A stretch of DNA of 64,000 bases from positions 71,510 to 135,509 of the forward strand of contig JBBQKJ010000001.1 of assembly GCA_038326775.1 (NCBI GenBank), given 5' to 3'. The position numbers were made by a program, and so were the translations under genes. Below, in pieces: positions 1-8,959 of this stretch. The stretch's first letter is position 1, and each line of letters opens with the position of its first letter. The notes beneath the pieces were generated by a model that searched no databases, was not told the DNA's origin, and saw only the letters and a list, made by a program, of their open reading frames with translations. Origin of the DNA: Candidatus Geothermincolia bacterium. GTDB lineage: Bacteria > Actinomycetota > Geothermincolia > Fen-727 > Anoxymicrobiaceae.

Positions 1-113
1 CTACGAAAAGGTGGTCCCCCCTGTGGATGGCGTCGAACACCTTCGTCTCGGGCACGAACTTCTCGGGGTACGCTTTCTTCATCTCCTCAAGAGTCTTGGA
101 ACAGGTATCCTCG
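1..113 (-). CDS. Partial CDS: N-terminal 37 codons of a minus-strand gene running off the window (MAEDTCSKTLEEMKKAYPEKFVPETKVFDAIHRGDHLF...). Function not recognisable.
   Basis: ATG at 111-113 (minus) preceded by GGAGGAG RBS. ORF is open to the window edge. Manual reverse-complement translation. Confidence 0.4.
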
Positions 114-223
114 GCCATGTTATATGCTCCTCCAGCTTGTCCTAGCCCCCTCCGAGCGGGGAGCCCCTTCTCTTCACCCCGTTACGGGGTCGTTTCATCA
201 CCCGCCGAAGCAGGGCTCTCGTA

Positions 224-242
224 TAGATACATATTGTATCTA
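224..242. promoter_or_regulatory. 19-bp perfect palindrome TAGATACATATTGTATCTA, operator-like, about 110 bp upstream of the minus-strand partial gene. Core ATACATATTGTAT is identical to a site in the GRE promoter at 24949-24961.
   Basis: Palindrome read directly from the sequence. The shared 13-mer was checked by eye against 24949-24961. Confidence 0.35.
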
Positions 243-299
243 CAATGAAACTACAATAACTCCTGCCGGGAGCAGCGGCACAGGCGCTGTCTTTAGATT

Positions 300-1364
300 C
301 TAGTGGCAGCCCAGCATGCCGAAGCCGGGGACGGAACCGGGCAGGTTCCTGGTTTCGACGACACTGACCAGCCGCTCCGTGCGCGGGACTCCGAGCGTGT
401 TTATCACCTTCTCCATCGCGTCCACGTGCGGGCGGACGCGGTAGAAGACCTTGTTCTTGAAGTAGTACGCCGCCTTGAAGCGGCGGGTGATGCGGTGGAA
501 CTCCGCGGCCGCCTTCTCCCGGTCGCTGACGGCCATAGCCGCTATCTTGCCGGTCATGATGGCCCCCAGTATGCCGAACCACATGACCGGGTCCATGGCA
601 CCGCTCATGGTTCCGCACATTATGAGGTCTCCCCTGAAGAGGCCGGGGTTATCGGGGCCGGCAACCGGTACCGCGCCCGATACGTACTCCCAGTCGAGGT
701 GCTCCACGCCCTCGTTACGGCGCATGCAGTCCACGTACCGCTTCAGGGCCTCGCGGCTCACCTGGCCCGTCGAGTAGAAGAAGTCGAAGTAATAGTTGTT
801 GACCGAGGAGAGGTAGCCGAACTCGGTGATGGACGCCTCGAGGTAGATCCAGGCGTAGTTGCTGAAGCCGCACTCCCCGCGGGAGAGCCAGCCGTACCAT
901 CGGAGGTACGGGATATCCAGCATCTCGTACGCGGAGGGGCTTAGCCCGCAGGCGACTATCGTCCCGGGGTCTAGTTTGGGGATGTCCTCTTTCTTGAGCG
1001 GGGTATCAAAATGGAATGTCACGCCTAGGTCGAGGCACATCCCGTAGAGCATTGTGTCGATGCTGCCAGGGCGGCTGCCCCTCTCAACGGTGAAGAGCTT
1101 GCCGGCGGGCGCCTGCGCCTTCGTCTCGTTGTAGTACCAGGGGCAGGCCAGCAGGGGGTAGAAGACAGGCCTCAAGTCGATTCCGACGTACTCGCTGGTG
1201 CGCTCGAGGTCGATTGGCGTCGTGTGGGCCGAAGGGTTGTATATCCTGGACCCGCCGTAGCCGCTCTCCCGGTCGAGGACCTCCACCTCGTAGCCGTCGC
1301 GCGCCAGGTTGACGGCCGCGATCATGCCTGACATCCCCGCGCCGTATATGCTGACTTTCTTCAT
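300..1364 (-). CDS. FAD/NAD(P)-binding oxidoreductase, 354 aa, N-terminal Rossmann motif YGAGMSG. Paralog of 11869..12945, with a shared conserved C-terminal ...PGFG.L.CH. Divergent from the heliorhodopsin gene.
   Basis: GxGxxG dinucleotide-binding motif. Full-length alignment to the second copy in the window is visible by eye. Confidence 0.7.
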   Translation of the reverse strand: MKKVSIYGAGMSGMIAAVNLARDGYEVEVLDRESGYGGSRIYNPSAHTTPIDLERTSEYVGIDLRPVFYPLLACPWYYNETKAQAPAGKLFTVERGSRPGSIDTMLYGMCLDLGVTFHFDTPLKKEDIPKLDPGTIVACGLSPSAYEMLDIPYLRWYGWLSRGECGFSNYAWIYLEASITEFGYLSSVNNYYFDFFYSTGQVSREALKRYVDCMRRNEGVEHLDWEYVSGAVPVAGPDNPGLFRGDLIMCGTMSGAMDPVMWFGILGAIMTGKIAAMAVSDREKAAAEFHRITRRFKAAYYFKNKVFYRVRPHVDAMEKVINTLGVPRTERLVSVVETRNLPGSVPGFGMLGCH

Positions 1365-1472
1365 CTGCCTCTCCTCCCTTGCCGTCTGGCAGTTTTATTA
1401 TATCCCTGGCGGCCTGTGCAGGATTGGGAGCCCGTTCCCAGAAACAATTAACTCAGGACGAGGCGAAGGAGG

Positions 1473-2267
1473 TTGACCATGACGGACGCCACCGCTCCAG
1501 AGGGGATGGAACGACGGTTGAACCGACTCCGTGTCTTCAACTTTGTAGTGGGCATCGTGCTGCTGGCCCAGGGCCTGCTGATGCTTTTCATCAGCAACGA
1601 CTACGCGGCGCCCGTTACGACCCACTACCTCGGTGCAGGCACCCGCAGAGCTTTCCCGATCCCTGTCACCAGGCAGCCGGGCAGCCTGAGGCTGGGCCCG
1701 ATGGTAGCTCTTTTCCTACTCCTCAGCGGAATCGCCCTCCTGTTGATCGCGGCGCCGGGGATAAACAACTGGTACAGGAAGAACCTTCTGAAGGGGGCCA
1801 ACTACGGCAGGTGGATAGAGTATTCGATCACCGCGTCTCTGATGATAGTCGTTATCGCAATGCTTTCCGGAATATACGACTTGTCCACCCTCATCCTTCT
1901 CTTCTTCATGAACGCCATGATGATACTGTTCGGCTGGATGATGGAGCTGCACAACCAGACCACCGAAAAGACCGACTGGACAGCTTTCTATTTCGGATGC
2001 ATCGCCGGAGCTGTGCCGTGGGTGATAATCTGGCTGTACTTCATCTCCGCGGCCTCCGACCCGACCAGTAAGATGCCGGGTTTCGTGTACGGCATCATGG
2101 TCTCGCTGTTCATCTTCTTCAACATCTTCGCGGTAAACATGGTGCTGCAGTACAAGAAGGTAGGGCCGTGGAAGGACTACCTGTTCGGCGAGAAGGTTTA
2201 CATCATACTCAGCCTGGCGGCCAAGTCACTCCTGGCCTGGCAGGTGTTCTTCGGCACTCTTCGCTAA
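1473..2267 (+). CDS. Heliorhodopsin, a 7TM microbial rhodopsin of the heliorhodopsin family, 264 aa.
   Basis: Matches heliorhodopsin 48C12 blocks from memory: RW(I/V)EYS (Glu counterion position), MILFGW, FGCIAG.VPW, PGFVYGI, LQYK, YI.LSL.AKSLLAWQ.F.GTL (putative Schiff-base Lys). GAAGGAGG RBS 7 nt before the ATG. Confidence 0.8.
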   Translation: MTMTDATAPEGMERRLNRLRVFNFVVGIVLLAQGLLMLFISNDYAAPVTTHYLGAGTRRAFPIPVTRQPGSLRLGPMVALFLLLSGIALLLIAAPGINNWYRKNLLKGANYGRWIEYSITASLMIVVIAMLSGIYDLSTLILLFFMNAMMILFGWMMELHNQTTEKTDWTAFYFGCIAGAVPWVIIWLYFISAASDPTSKMPGFVYGIMVSLFIFFNIFAVNMVLQYKKVGPWKDYLFGEKVYIILSLAAKSLLAWQVFFGTLR

Positions 2268-2533
2268 CCCCAGGAACTCCTGTAGCCCTTGCCACCCGGT
2301 GGCCAGGAGAAGTCGACTGCGCCGCGCGTGCAGACGAACCAGCAGGCGGCGCACTCCATGCACTCTGCGAGGCTCTTGATGCGCGCCTTTTTATCGGCGA
2401 TCTCGTAGCAGCCGCCGAGGCATACCTTCACGCAGCGAGCGCACGCGTCGCACTTATCCTTGTCGATGGTGATGAAGTTGCCTGCGCCCTGGACCCATTC
2501 GACGCCCGGGAACTCTTCAGATGTTCTCGCCAT
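2264..2533 (-). CDS. fixX: FixX-like ferredoxin, 89 aa, with 4Fe-4S Cys motifs and a FixX-like C-terminus (DFSWPPGGKGY).
   Basis: CxxCxxC.../CxxC ferredoxin motifs. Resembles rhizobial FixX (C..CYE... EWSYPRGGFGV). Overlaps the stop of the FixC-like gene. Confidence 0.65.
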   Translation of the reverse strand: MARTSEEFPGVEWVQGAGNFITIDKDKCDACARCVKVCLGGCYEIADKKARIKSLAECMECAACWFVCTRGAVDFSWPPGGKGYRSSWG

Positions 2534-2534
2534 C

Positions 2535-4205
2535 TCATTTCCCTTTCGCGGGTGGGTTGTCGAACATGGCGGGGTCGGCGCGGCTTACGAAGCTCACCAG
2601 TTTCCTGCTCAACGGGTCGGTCAACGGCTCGAGAAATCTTATGACGGCCAGGTAGACGGGCTCCATCACCGGCAGAATGACCTTCATCACCGGGTTGGCG
2701 GCGGCCGAAGCCGGGGCCAGGAACGCGGCCGCTTTTCTGAGCGGGGACGCGAACCGGGCAAGGCCCCCGTCCAGGAGCTCGAGCGACTTTCCGAACGCCC
2801 TGTGTCCGAGGGTCTGCACCTTGCGCGGCCTGCGCCTGGAGGAAGCCTCGCCGTCGTAGCGCTCGTGGAGCCAGTTGTAGTAGTACCTTGGGAACATCCG
2901 TATCCAGGCGGCAACGATGGCGGGTTCGTCAGCGATCGAGTCCAGCACGGTCCTCAGCAGCGGGGTGCTCATGTGGGTGAAACCGCCCAGGCCCCATCCG
3001 TTGTGGACGAGCTTCCGGAGGAGCTTGATGTCGTGGTTCTGCTGGGCGTAGCGCAGGTCGTGGCGGTTGGTCCGGGAGATCGACCACTGGATTATGGGGT
3101 GCGCCTTTATCCGTTCGTCGTAACGTTTGAGGAAAGTCGCGGAGGTATCCCCGGCGCGTATCGCCTCGATCGTCACGTCCGCGGCGATGTCCGCGGAAAA
3201 CCAGGCCGCGGGCACCCCGTCGCAAAGCTCGGTGCTCTCGAGCCCGGCGGCGTCACCGATGAGCAGCATCCCGTCGGTGTGGTTGGGCATCTTGCGCGCT
3301 CGCTCGTCGAGCCCCACGAATATCTCGAAGCCGTCCCACATCCGGGCGCGCAAGCGTATGTGCGGGGCCACCTCCTCCCTCCACCAGGGCAGGCCTCCGG
3401 TGATGTTGCGATGGTACTCGTCGAAATCTTTGAGGCTCGGGACCTTTCCACTGCCGGTTTCAAGGCTCTGGTCCTGGATGAAGTGGAGGCTGTTTCTGTA
3501 GGGCCAGACCATGAGACCGTTTCCGAAGCCGAGGGGAGGCGCGACCCTCTGCTCGTCCCAACCCCAGCAAAAACGAAGGGTATGGCCGAATATCCTGTCC
3601 ACGTCCGCCTTGGACATCTCGTAGTCATAGCAGTCGGCGAGCGAGATGGCGTCCGGCGGGTACTTCTCGCGGATTCCCGCTTTTATCGCCAGCAGGCCCT
3701 GGCAGCCTTCCCCGTCGATGACCACCTTCGAGCTTATGTGCTCGCCGCCGTCGGTCAAGATGCCCGTGATGAAACCATCCTCCCGGATGACGTCCACCGC
3801 CACGGTGGAGGTCCGTAGCTCGACCCCCGATTCGACCGCCCTGTCCGCCTCCCACTCGCAGAACGGCTGGCAGTAGGCGTTGTAGCCGAAAGCGAGCACA
3901 GGGGAGAGGGGTTTGGGGATCTTAAGGGTATCATCGATCTCGATATCGCCCGTGGCGATATCTTTGACGATGTAGTTGATGATCCCGTCGGCCGGCCGCT
4001 CGATGGGCGGGTTCCCGTCACGGATGAACGCCGGACCGAAGAGGAAGCCGTAGAATGGGATCGTGAGGCCGGAGATGACCTTCTCGCCGACCCTTGCCCC
4101 CCTCTCGAGCATGAGCGTGCGCAGGCCGGCTTCGGCACATTTCTTAGCCGCCACCGGCCCGCCGAACCCGGCGCCGACAACTATGACATCGTATTCGTCG
4201 TCCAT
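2535..4205 (-). CDS. fixC: FixC-like FAD-dependent oxidoreductase (ETF-QO / geranylgeranyl reductase superfamily), 556 aa, with a C-terminal extension of about 120 aa.
   Basis: N-terminal DVIVVGAGFGGPVAAKK FAD motif. Gene order fixC-fixX. No fixAB was seen in the window. Confidence 0.65.
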   Translation of the reverse strand: MDDEYDVIVVGAGFGGPVAAKKCAEAGLRTLMLERGARVGEKVISGLTIPFYGFLFGPAFIRDGNPPIERPADGIINYIVKDIATGDIEIDDTLKIPKPLSPVLAFGYNAYCQPFCEWEADRAVESGVELRTSTVAVDVIREDGFITGILTDGGEHISSKVVIDGEGCQGLLAIKAGIREKYPPDAISLADCYDYEMSKADVDRIFGHTLRFCWGWDEQRVAPPLGFGNGLMVWPYRNSLHFIQDQSLETGSGKVPSLKDFDEYHRNITGGLPWWREEVAPHIRLRARMWDGFEIFVGLDERARKMPNHTDGMLLIGDAAGLESTELCDGVPAAWFSADIAADVTIEAIRAGDTSATFLKRYDERIKAHPIIQWSISRTNRHDLRYAQQNHDIKLLRKLVHNGWGLGGFTHMSTPLLRTVLDSIADEPAIVAAWIRMFPRYYYNWLHERYDGEASSRRRPRKVQTLGHRAFGKSLELLDGGLARFASPLRKAAAFLAPASAAANPVMKVILPVMEPVYLAVIRFLEPLTDPLSRKLVSFVSRADPAMFDNPPAKGK

Positions 4206-4215
4206 AGTGTCAGCC

Positions 4216-5793
4216 TCATTCCCGCGGGTCAGCCGGCTGTTCGTTGAACTGGACTCGCAAGTCTTTCTTCAGGATCTTTCCGGTTGGGGTGCGGGGCAGA
4301 GCGTCGGTGAACACCACCGACTTGGGCATCTTGAACTTCCCGATCTTGCCTTTCGTCCACTCGATTATCTCTTCCTCGGTAAGTGTCTCGCCTGGCGTGA
4401 CAACCACCACCGCCCTGACTGCCTCTCCCCACAACTCGTCCGGGTAGCCTATGACGCCGGCGTCCTGGATCTTGGGATGGTGCAACAGAAGGTCCTCGAT
4501 CTCTGCGGGATAAATGTTCTCGCCACCGGAGATTATCATGTCTTTCTTGCGGTCCATGATGTAAAGGAAACCGTCTGAGTCCATCCTGCCGATGTCCCCG
4601 GTGCAGAGCCAGCCGTCCTTGATGCTCTGGGCCGTGGCCTCGGGGTTGTTCCAGTAGCCTGTCATCACGAAATCGCCGCGCATGAGGACCTCGCCCAGCT
4701 CTTCGGGGCCGACCTCGTTGCCGTCATCATCAACGAGCTTGATCTCTGAGAAGAACTCCGGCAGCCCGCAGGAGCCGGCCTTCACCATGGAGTGCTCGCC
4801 GTCGATGACGGTACCCATGCCGCATGACTCGGTCAGGCCGTAGAGGTTGCGCACCTCTATTCCAGCTTCCGCGTACTCTTCGAGCACGGCGACGGGGAGG
4901 GGCGCGGCGTAAACAAATACCATCTTCACCGAGCTCCAGTCATACTTTTCGAAGTCGGGGACCATTTTGAGTATCTGCAGGAGGACGGGCACCGAGCCGA
5001 ACACGTTGACCTTCTCTTCCTCGATGAGCTCGAGAAAGCGTTTGGGGTCGAGGCTCCTGAGCATTATGCAGCGTAGGCCGGCCTGCACGCCCAGGGGAAC
5101 GTTGGCAAGGCCGCCTATGTGGAAGAGGGGTAATACGAGCATGGCGGTCTCACCCAGATGTCCCACCGTGGCGATGATGTTGGTCGAGCCCACGAAGTAG
5201 TTCCTGTGGGTGAGCATGGCGCCCTTGGGCCGCCCGGTGGTGCCCGAGGTGTATAGGATGGAGAGCACGTCATCATCGCCACCCGTTATCTCGGGCTCAT
5301 CTTCGGGCTCATCCTTTATCAGTTGGTTGTAGGAGAGCGCCCAATCAGGCGGATTGTCGCCGAGAGCCACGAGATGTTCGGCCGGTATGTCGCCGCGGAA
5401 TGAATCAACGACGTCCACGTACTCCGGGCCGAAGACGAACACATCAGCGCCGCTGTCGGAGAGGATGTACTGCATCTCCGGACCGGCAATACGGTAGTTG
5501 ATGGGCACCAGTATAGCCCCGATCTTCCCCAGGCCGAAGAACATGCTCAGGTACTCGGGCTCGTTCAGGGCGAGAAGGCCTACCCTTACGCCGCGCTCCA
5601 CACCGAGCTTTTTCATGGCGTGAGCGAGCTTGTTGGCCTCGGCGTTGGCCTCGGACCACGTGAGGCGGACGTCCTCGCAGACGATCGCCTCCTTTTCGGG
5701 GTCGAGCATTGCTCGCTGGGTAAGGTAACTGCCGATATTGATAGGCATGTCGACCAACTCCTTTCCGCCCTGAGGTACCGTCATGGGTAGCAC
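4216..5793 (-). CDS. AMP-dependent acyl-CoA synthetase/ligase, 525 aa.
   Basis: AMP-binding signature ILYTSGTTGRPKGAMLTHRN. Typical length. C-terminal ...PRTPTGKILK. Confidence 0.85.
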   Translation of the reverse strand: MLPMTVPQGGKELVDMPINIGSYLTQRAMLDPEKEAIVCEDVRLTWSEANAEANKLAHAMKKLGVERGVRVGLLALNEPEYLSMFFGLGKIGAILVPINYRIAGPEMQYILSDSGADVFVFGPEYVDVVDSFRGDIPAEHLVALGDNPPDWALSYNQLIKDEPEDEPEITGGDDDVLSILYTSGTTGRPKGAMLTHRNYFVGSTNIIATVGHLGETAMLVLPLFHIGGLANVPLGVQAGLRCIMLRSLDPKRFLELIEEEKVNVFGSVPVLLQILKMVPDFEKYDWSSVKMVFVYAAPLPVAVLEEYAEAGIEVRNLYGLTESCGMGTVIDGEHSMVKAGSCGLPEFFSEIKLVDDDGNEVGPEELGEVLMRGDFVMTGYWNNPEATAQSIKDGWLCTGDIGRMDSDGFLYIMDRKKDMIISGGENIYPAEIEDLLLHHPKIQDAGVIGYPDELWGEAVRAVVVVTPGETLTEEEIIEWTKGKIGKFKMPKSVVFTDALPRTPTGKILKKDLRVQFNEQPADPRE

Positions 5794-5920
5794 TATATTA
5801 ATCCATTCAGGTCACGGCGCAATAGCGGAATCGAACGCGCCTTCGCGGCCGTACTCGTCAATCGGGCTTTTGCGATATAATTCGCGGCGGAACAGGCACT
5901 TAAGAACACGGGAGTCTGCG

Positions 5921-6763
5921 ATGCTTGCACACCTCGACCACTCGGGAAAACGTCTTCACCACCATATCCCGTTTCCCCTCGACATCATCGGCGCGAAGTA
6001 CGAGTACCTGCTGATGAAAACGCTCGGGTGGATGACCGACAAGGAATGGCTCTACCGGCACGGGGCCGTCAAAGGATTTGTCGACTGGCTGGCCAACCAC
6101 GTGTTGCTCCCGATAATCCACGGTGAGGTGCTTACCCCCGACGAGCTCGAAAATCTTATCAGGCAGCTCGAGAACGAGGGCGTGGTCATGGCCGTCGGGA
6201 TATGTGAGTGCCGGCACGGCGAGAACAACATCGACCCGGAGCTCGTCGACGGGGCGGACCCCAACTATACGTGCGTGATGATAGGTGACTGGGGCAAGGG
6301 GCACCTCTATAACTATCCCTCTTTGTACAAGAGGGTCGGAGCGGACGAGCTTATCGAGAAGGCCCGCTTCTGGCACGCGCGGGGAAGAGTGCTGGACGCC
6401 TGGGGCTTGATCGATTCTCACGGCTTCGTGGTCAGCTACTGCCACTGCCTGCCGGAATACTGCGTGCCCCTGCGAAACCAGATCAAGCGAGGCACCAGGG
6501 TTTTTGCGCCCGGGAACAGCTACGCGGTGCACGACCCCGCCAGGTGTCTCGGGCCGGATAAATGCGACTGGGACTGCACCCGGCGGTGCTACTTCGGCGC
6601 CATCGAGGTGCGCGACGGAAAGGCGGTCTGTGACCCCTCGAAGTGCCACGGCTGCGGCCAGTGCTTCGTTTACTGTCCGGCCGGCGCCGCCACTTCGGTG
6701 CGCAAGAAGGACTACGAGCTTACCTACTGCTCGCCCGACCTGCTCGCCCGCGCCGGCAAGTGA
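5921..6763 (+). CDS. Cysteine-rich putative Fe-S/metal-binding protein of unknown family (motifs GICECRHG, YCHCLPEYC, CDWDC, CHGCGQCFVYCP).
   Basis: ORF with GGGAG RBS before the ATG at 5921. About 20 Cys, including a C-terminal ferredoxin-like CxxCxxCxxxCP. No confident family match from memory. Confidence 0.45.
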   Translation: MLAHLDHSGKRLHHHIPFPLDIIGAKYEYLLMKTLGWMTDKEWLYRHGAVKGFVDWLANHVLLPIIHGEVLTPDELENLIRQLENEGVVMAVGICECRHGENNIDPELVDGADPNYTCVMIGDWGKGHLYNYPSLYKRVGADELIEKARFWHARGRVLDAWGLIDSHGFVVSYCHCLPEYCVPLRNQIKRGTRVFAPGNSYAVHDPARCLGPDKCDWDCTRRCYFGAIEVRDGKAVCDPSKCHGCGQCFVYCPAGAATSVRKKDYELTYCSPDLLARAGK

Positions 6764-6826
6764 GCCGCCGGCCGGAGGGCCGGCTTAAGACTCCTTGCGC
6801 CGGTTCTCATACTCATCCTCCTCTTC

Positions 6827-7204
6827 ATGGCGGCCATCGCAGGATGCGCGGGCACCAGGAAGGTGAAGGAGGGCTCGCGGTGGGTCCAGACGGAGGTGTA
6901 CTTCGGCAGGAACATACCCGCGGGAGGCGCCGTCTCCGAGGAGCAGTTCGCCCGGTTCCTGGACGAAGTCATAACGCCTGAGTTCCCGCAGGGCCTCACC
7001 GTGTTCGACGCCTACGGCCAGATGCGCCACGAGGACGGTATGATCGAGAAGCAGCAGACGAAGGCCGTCCTGCTGGTCCACGAGAAGACCGGGGCTAACA
7101 GCGATGCCGTCGAGAGCATCATCTCCGAATACCGCGCGCGGTTCGGCAAGCCCCAGGTGATGCACACGACGCAGCCGCTGGAAGTTGAGTTCTTCGGCGA
7201 CTGA
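6827..7204 (+). CDS. DUF3574-like small protein, probably a lipoprotein. Start uncertain: a hydrophobic in-frame leader (...LLAPVLILILLF) sits upstream without a canonical start codon.
   Basis: Resembles DUF3574 (VYFGRN.P.GG.VSE..F..FLDEV.TP.FP.GLTV.DA.GQ). LAGC-like lipobox context AIAGCAG. Confidence 0.45.
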   Translation: MAAIAGCAGTRKVKEGSRWVQTEVYFGRNIPAGGAVSEEQFARFLDEVITPEFPQGLTVFDAYGQMRHEDGMIEKQQTKAVLLVHEKTGANSDAVESIISEYRARFGKPQVMHTTQPLEVEFFGD

Positions 7205-7468
7205 CGGGCCGGCGTGGCTGTTCGCGCCATATTCGCCATCGTGCGGCGCCTCGCGGGACCGATCTGGACCGGTAAGGACAGAGTCCCGATCCCGGGCATT
7301 TCCGCATTGTCTTTTTCTTCTCTTAGTAATACTCTTGAGCCGCCGGAGCGCATCGCCGTTCGCATGCGTCGAGCGATGCCGGCAGTCAATGCCCGGAAAG
7401 CTGGTGCGGGCGGCATATTTCGAGGATTGTGCGGCGCTGAGTCAACAGAGAACAGGCGGTGATGATTG

Positions 7469-8908
7469 ATGCGTTCAAAAGAGGAGTACCACGAGAGCCT
7501 CAAGGCCATGAAGCCAAACGTCTACATGGGGGGCGAGGTGCTGGGAAGGGACGATATCCCGGGGCAGGACATCCTGGACCTCACTTTCGACATGGCCCGC
7601 GCCCCCGAGTTCCAGCACCTTACCACCACGAAGTCTCACCTGACCGGCGAGACCATCAACCGGTTTTGCCACATACACCAGAGCCCGGAAGACCTCCTGG
7701 TCAAGCAGGAGATGACGCGCGCCTCCGCCAGGCTGGTTGGAGGCTGCATCGCTCGCTGCATGGGCATCGATTCTCTGAACGCTCTTTCAGTCATAACCCA
7801 CATGTGTGACCAGGCGCACGGCACCGAGTACCACGACAGGTTCCTCGAGTTCATCAAGAATTTCCAGAAGAACGACCTTGTCGGGTGCTGCGCGCAGTCC
7901 GACGTCAAAGGCGACAGGAGCCGCAGGCCCGGGGAGCAGACCGACCCGGACCTCTACTTGAGGGTTATAGAAAAGAAGAAGGACGGCATCGTGGTGCGGG
8001 GGGCCAAGGCCCATAACTCGTTCGCGCCTCTCGCCGAGGAGATAATAGCCATCCCCACCCGTTTTCTCCGCCCGAACGAGAGCGACTGGGCGGTGGCGGT
8101 GGCTGTTCCGGGCGACCACCCGGGCGTCAAGCTGGTTTGCCGCGGCTCTCGCTATCGCGACAGGTTGCCCGAGGTCGCCGGGTTGCATTCGGGCAAGGGC
8201 GAGATAGAGTCACTGACGATCTTCGACGACGTCTTCGTGCCGTGGGAGCGGGTGTTCCTTTGTGGCGAGGCCGAGTTCGGCGGGCAGCTCGCCCTGCTTT
8301 TCTCGCTCTATCACCGTCATTCCTATACCGGGTGCAAGCCCGCGATGAGCGACGTCATCATGGGCACCGCCGCCCTGGTGGCCGAGTACAGCGGCATCGC
8401 GAAGGAAGACCACATCGGCTCCAAGCTCGCCGAGCTCATCAGCACGGCCGAGCTGGTCTACGGGTGCGGCATAGCCGCCGCCGTGAAGTCGATCAAATCA
8501 CCATCGGGAACCCAGATACCCGACGTCGTATACTGCAACGTGGCCAGGAAGCACGCCGGGGTCAACATCTACCACGAGTACGACCTGCTGACCGAGATAG
8601 CGGGCGGCCTGCCGGCGACGCTGCCGTACGATACGGAGTTCGTTAGCCCCGAGGTCGGCGACCTGGTCAAGAAATACCTGATGCGCGTGGATGATGTGAG
8701 CCCCGAGGATATGTACAAGCTGTACGCCTGGGTGAGCGACTACACCTGCTCCGGCATGGCGGGTGTCATGCAGTACGCCGGCGTGCACGGGGGAGGCTCT
8801 CCCATCATGGAGGACATAGCGATACTCCGGACGTATGACATGGAGCCCAAGAAGCAGCTGGCAAGATGGCTCGCGGGCATCGAGAAACCGCCGTACGAGA
8901 TCACCTGA
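7469..8908 (+). CDS. 4-hydroxybutyryl-CoA dehydratase / vinylacetyl-CoA delta-isomerase family (AbfD / HpaB-like flavoprotein), 479 aa.
   Basis: HpaB/AbfD-type N-terminus (EY..SLK...NVY..GE.V) plus a CxxxC motif (GGCIARCMG) matching the [4Fe-4S] ligands of AbfD-type dehydratases. The ATG at 7469 follows an in-frame TTG. Confidence 0.7.
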   Translation: MRSKEEYHESLKAMKPNVYMGGEVLGRDDIPGQDILDLTFDMARAPEFQHLTTTKSHLTGETINRFCHIHQSPEDLLVKQEMTRASARLVGGCIARCMGIDSLNALSVITHMCDQAHGTEYHDRFLEFIKNFQKNDLVGCCAQSDVKGDRSRRPGEQTDPDLYLRVIEKKKDGIVVRGAKAHNSFAPLAEEIIAIPTRFLRPNESDWAVAVAVPGDHPGVKLVCRGSRYRDRLPEVAGLHSGKGEIESLTIFDDVFVPWERVFLCGEAEFGGQLALLFSLYHRHSYTGCKPAMSDVIMGTAALVAEYSGIAKEDHIGSKLAELISTAELVYGCGIAAAVKSIKSPSGTQIPDVVYCNVARKHAGVNIYHEYDLLTEIAGGLPATLPYDTEFVSPEVGDLVKKYLMRVDDVSPEDMYKLYAWVSDYTCSGMAGVMQYAGVHGGGSPIMEDIAILRTYDMEPKKQLARWLAGIEKPPYEIT

Positions 8909-8959
8909 ACCCGCGGGCAAAGCAGATCGAGGCCGAGATGTCGAGGGAGGTGGCGTTTG

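Noticed and set aside
1365-1472. Sigma70-type promoter for the heliorhodopsin gene (TTGCCG ... TATTAT).
   Set aside because: The hexamer spacing is 11 nt or needs poor -10 boxes. Not convincing enough to report as a feature.
1379-2071. The 230-aa ORF (and the 1398..1625 minus ORF) overlapping the heliorhodopsin gene.
   Set aside because: Alternate-frame artefacts. The heliorhodopsin frame has the RBS, the hydrophobic 7TM pattern and family motifs.
6764-6826. A longer signal-peptide-bearing start for the DUF3574-like gene.
   Set aside because: The in-frame upstream hydrophobic stretch has no ATG, GTG or TTG start codon. It is left as an uncertainty rather than annotated.
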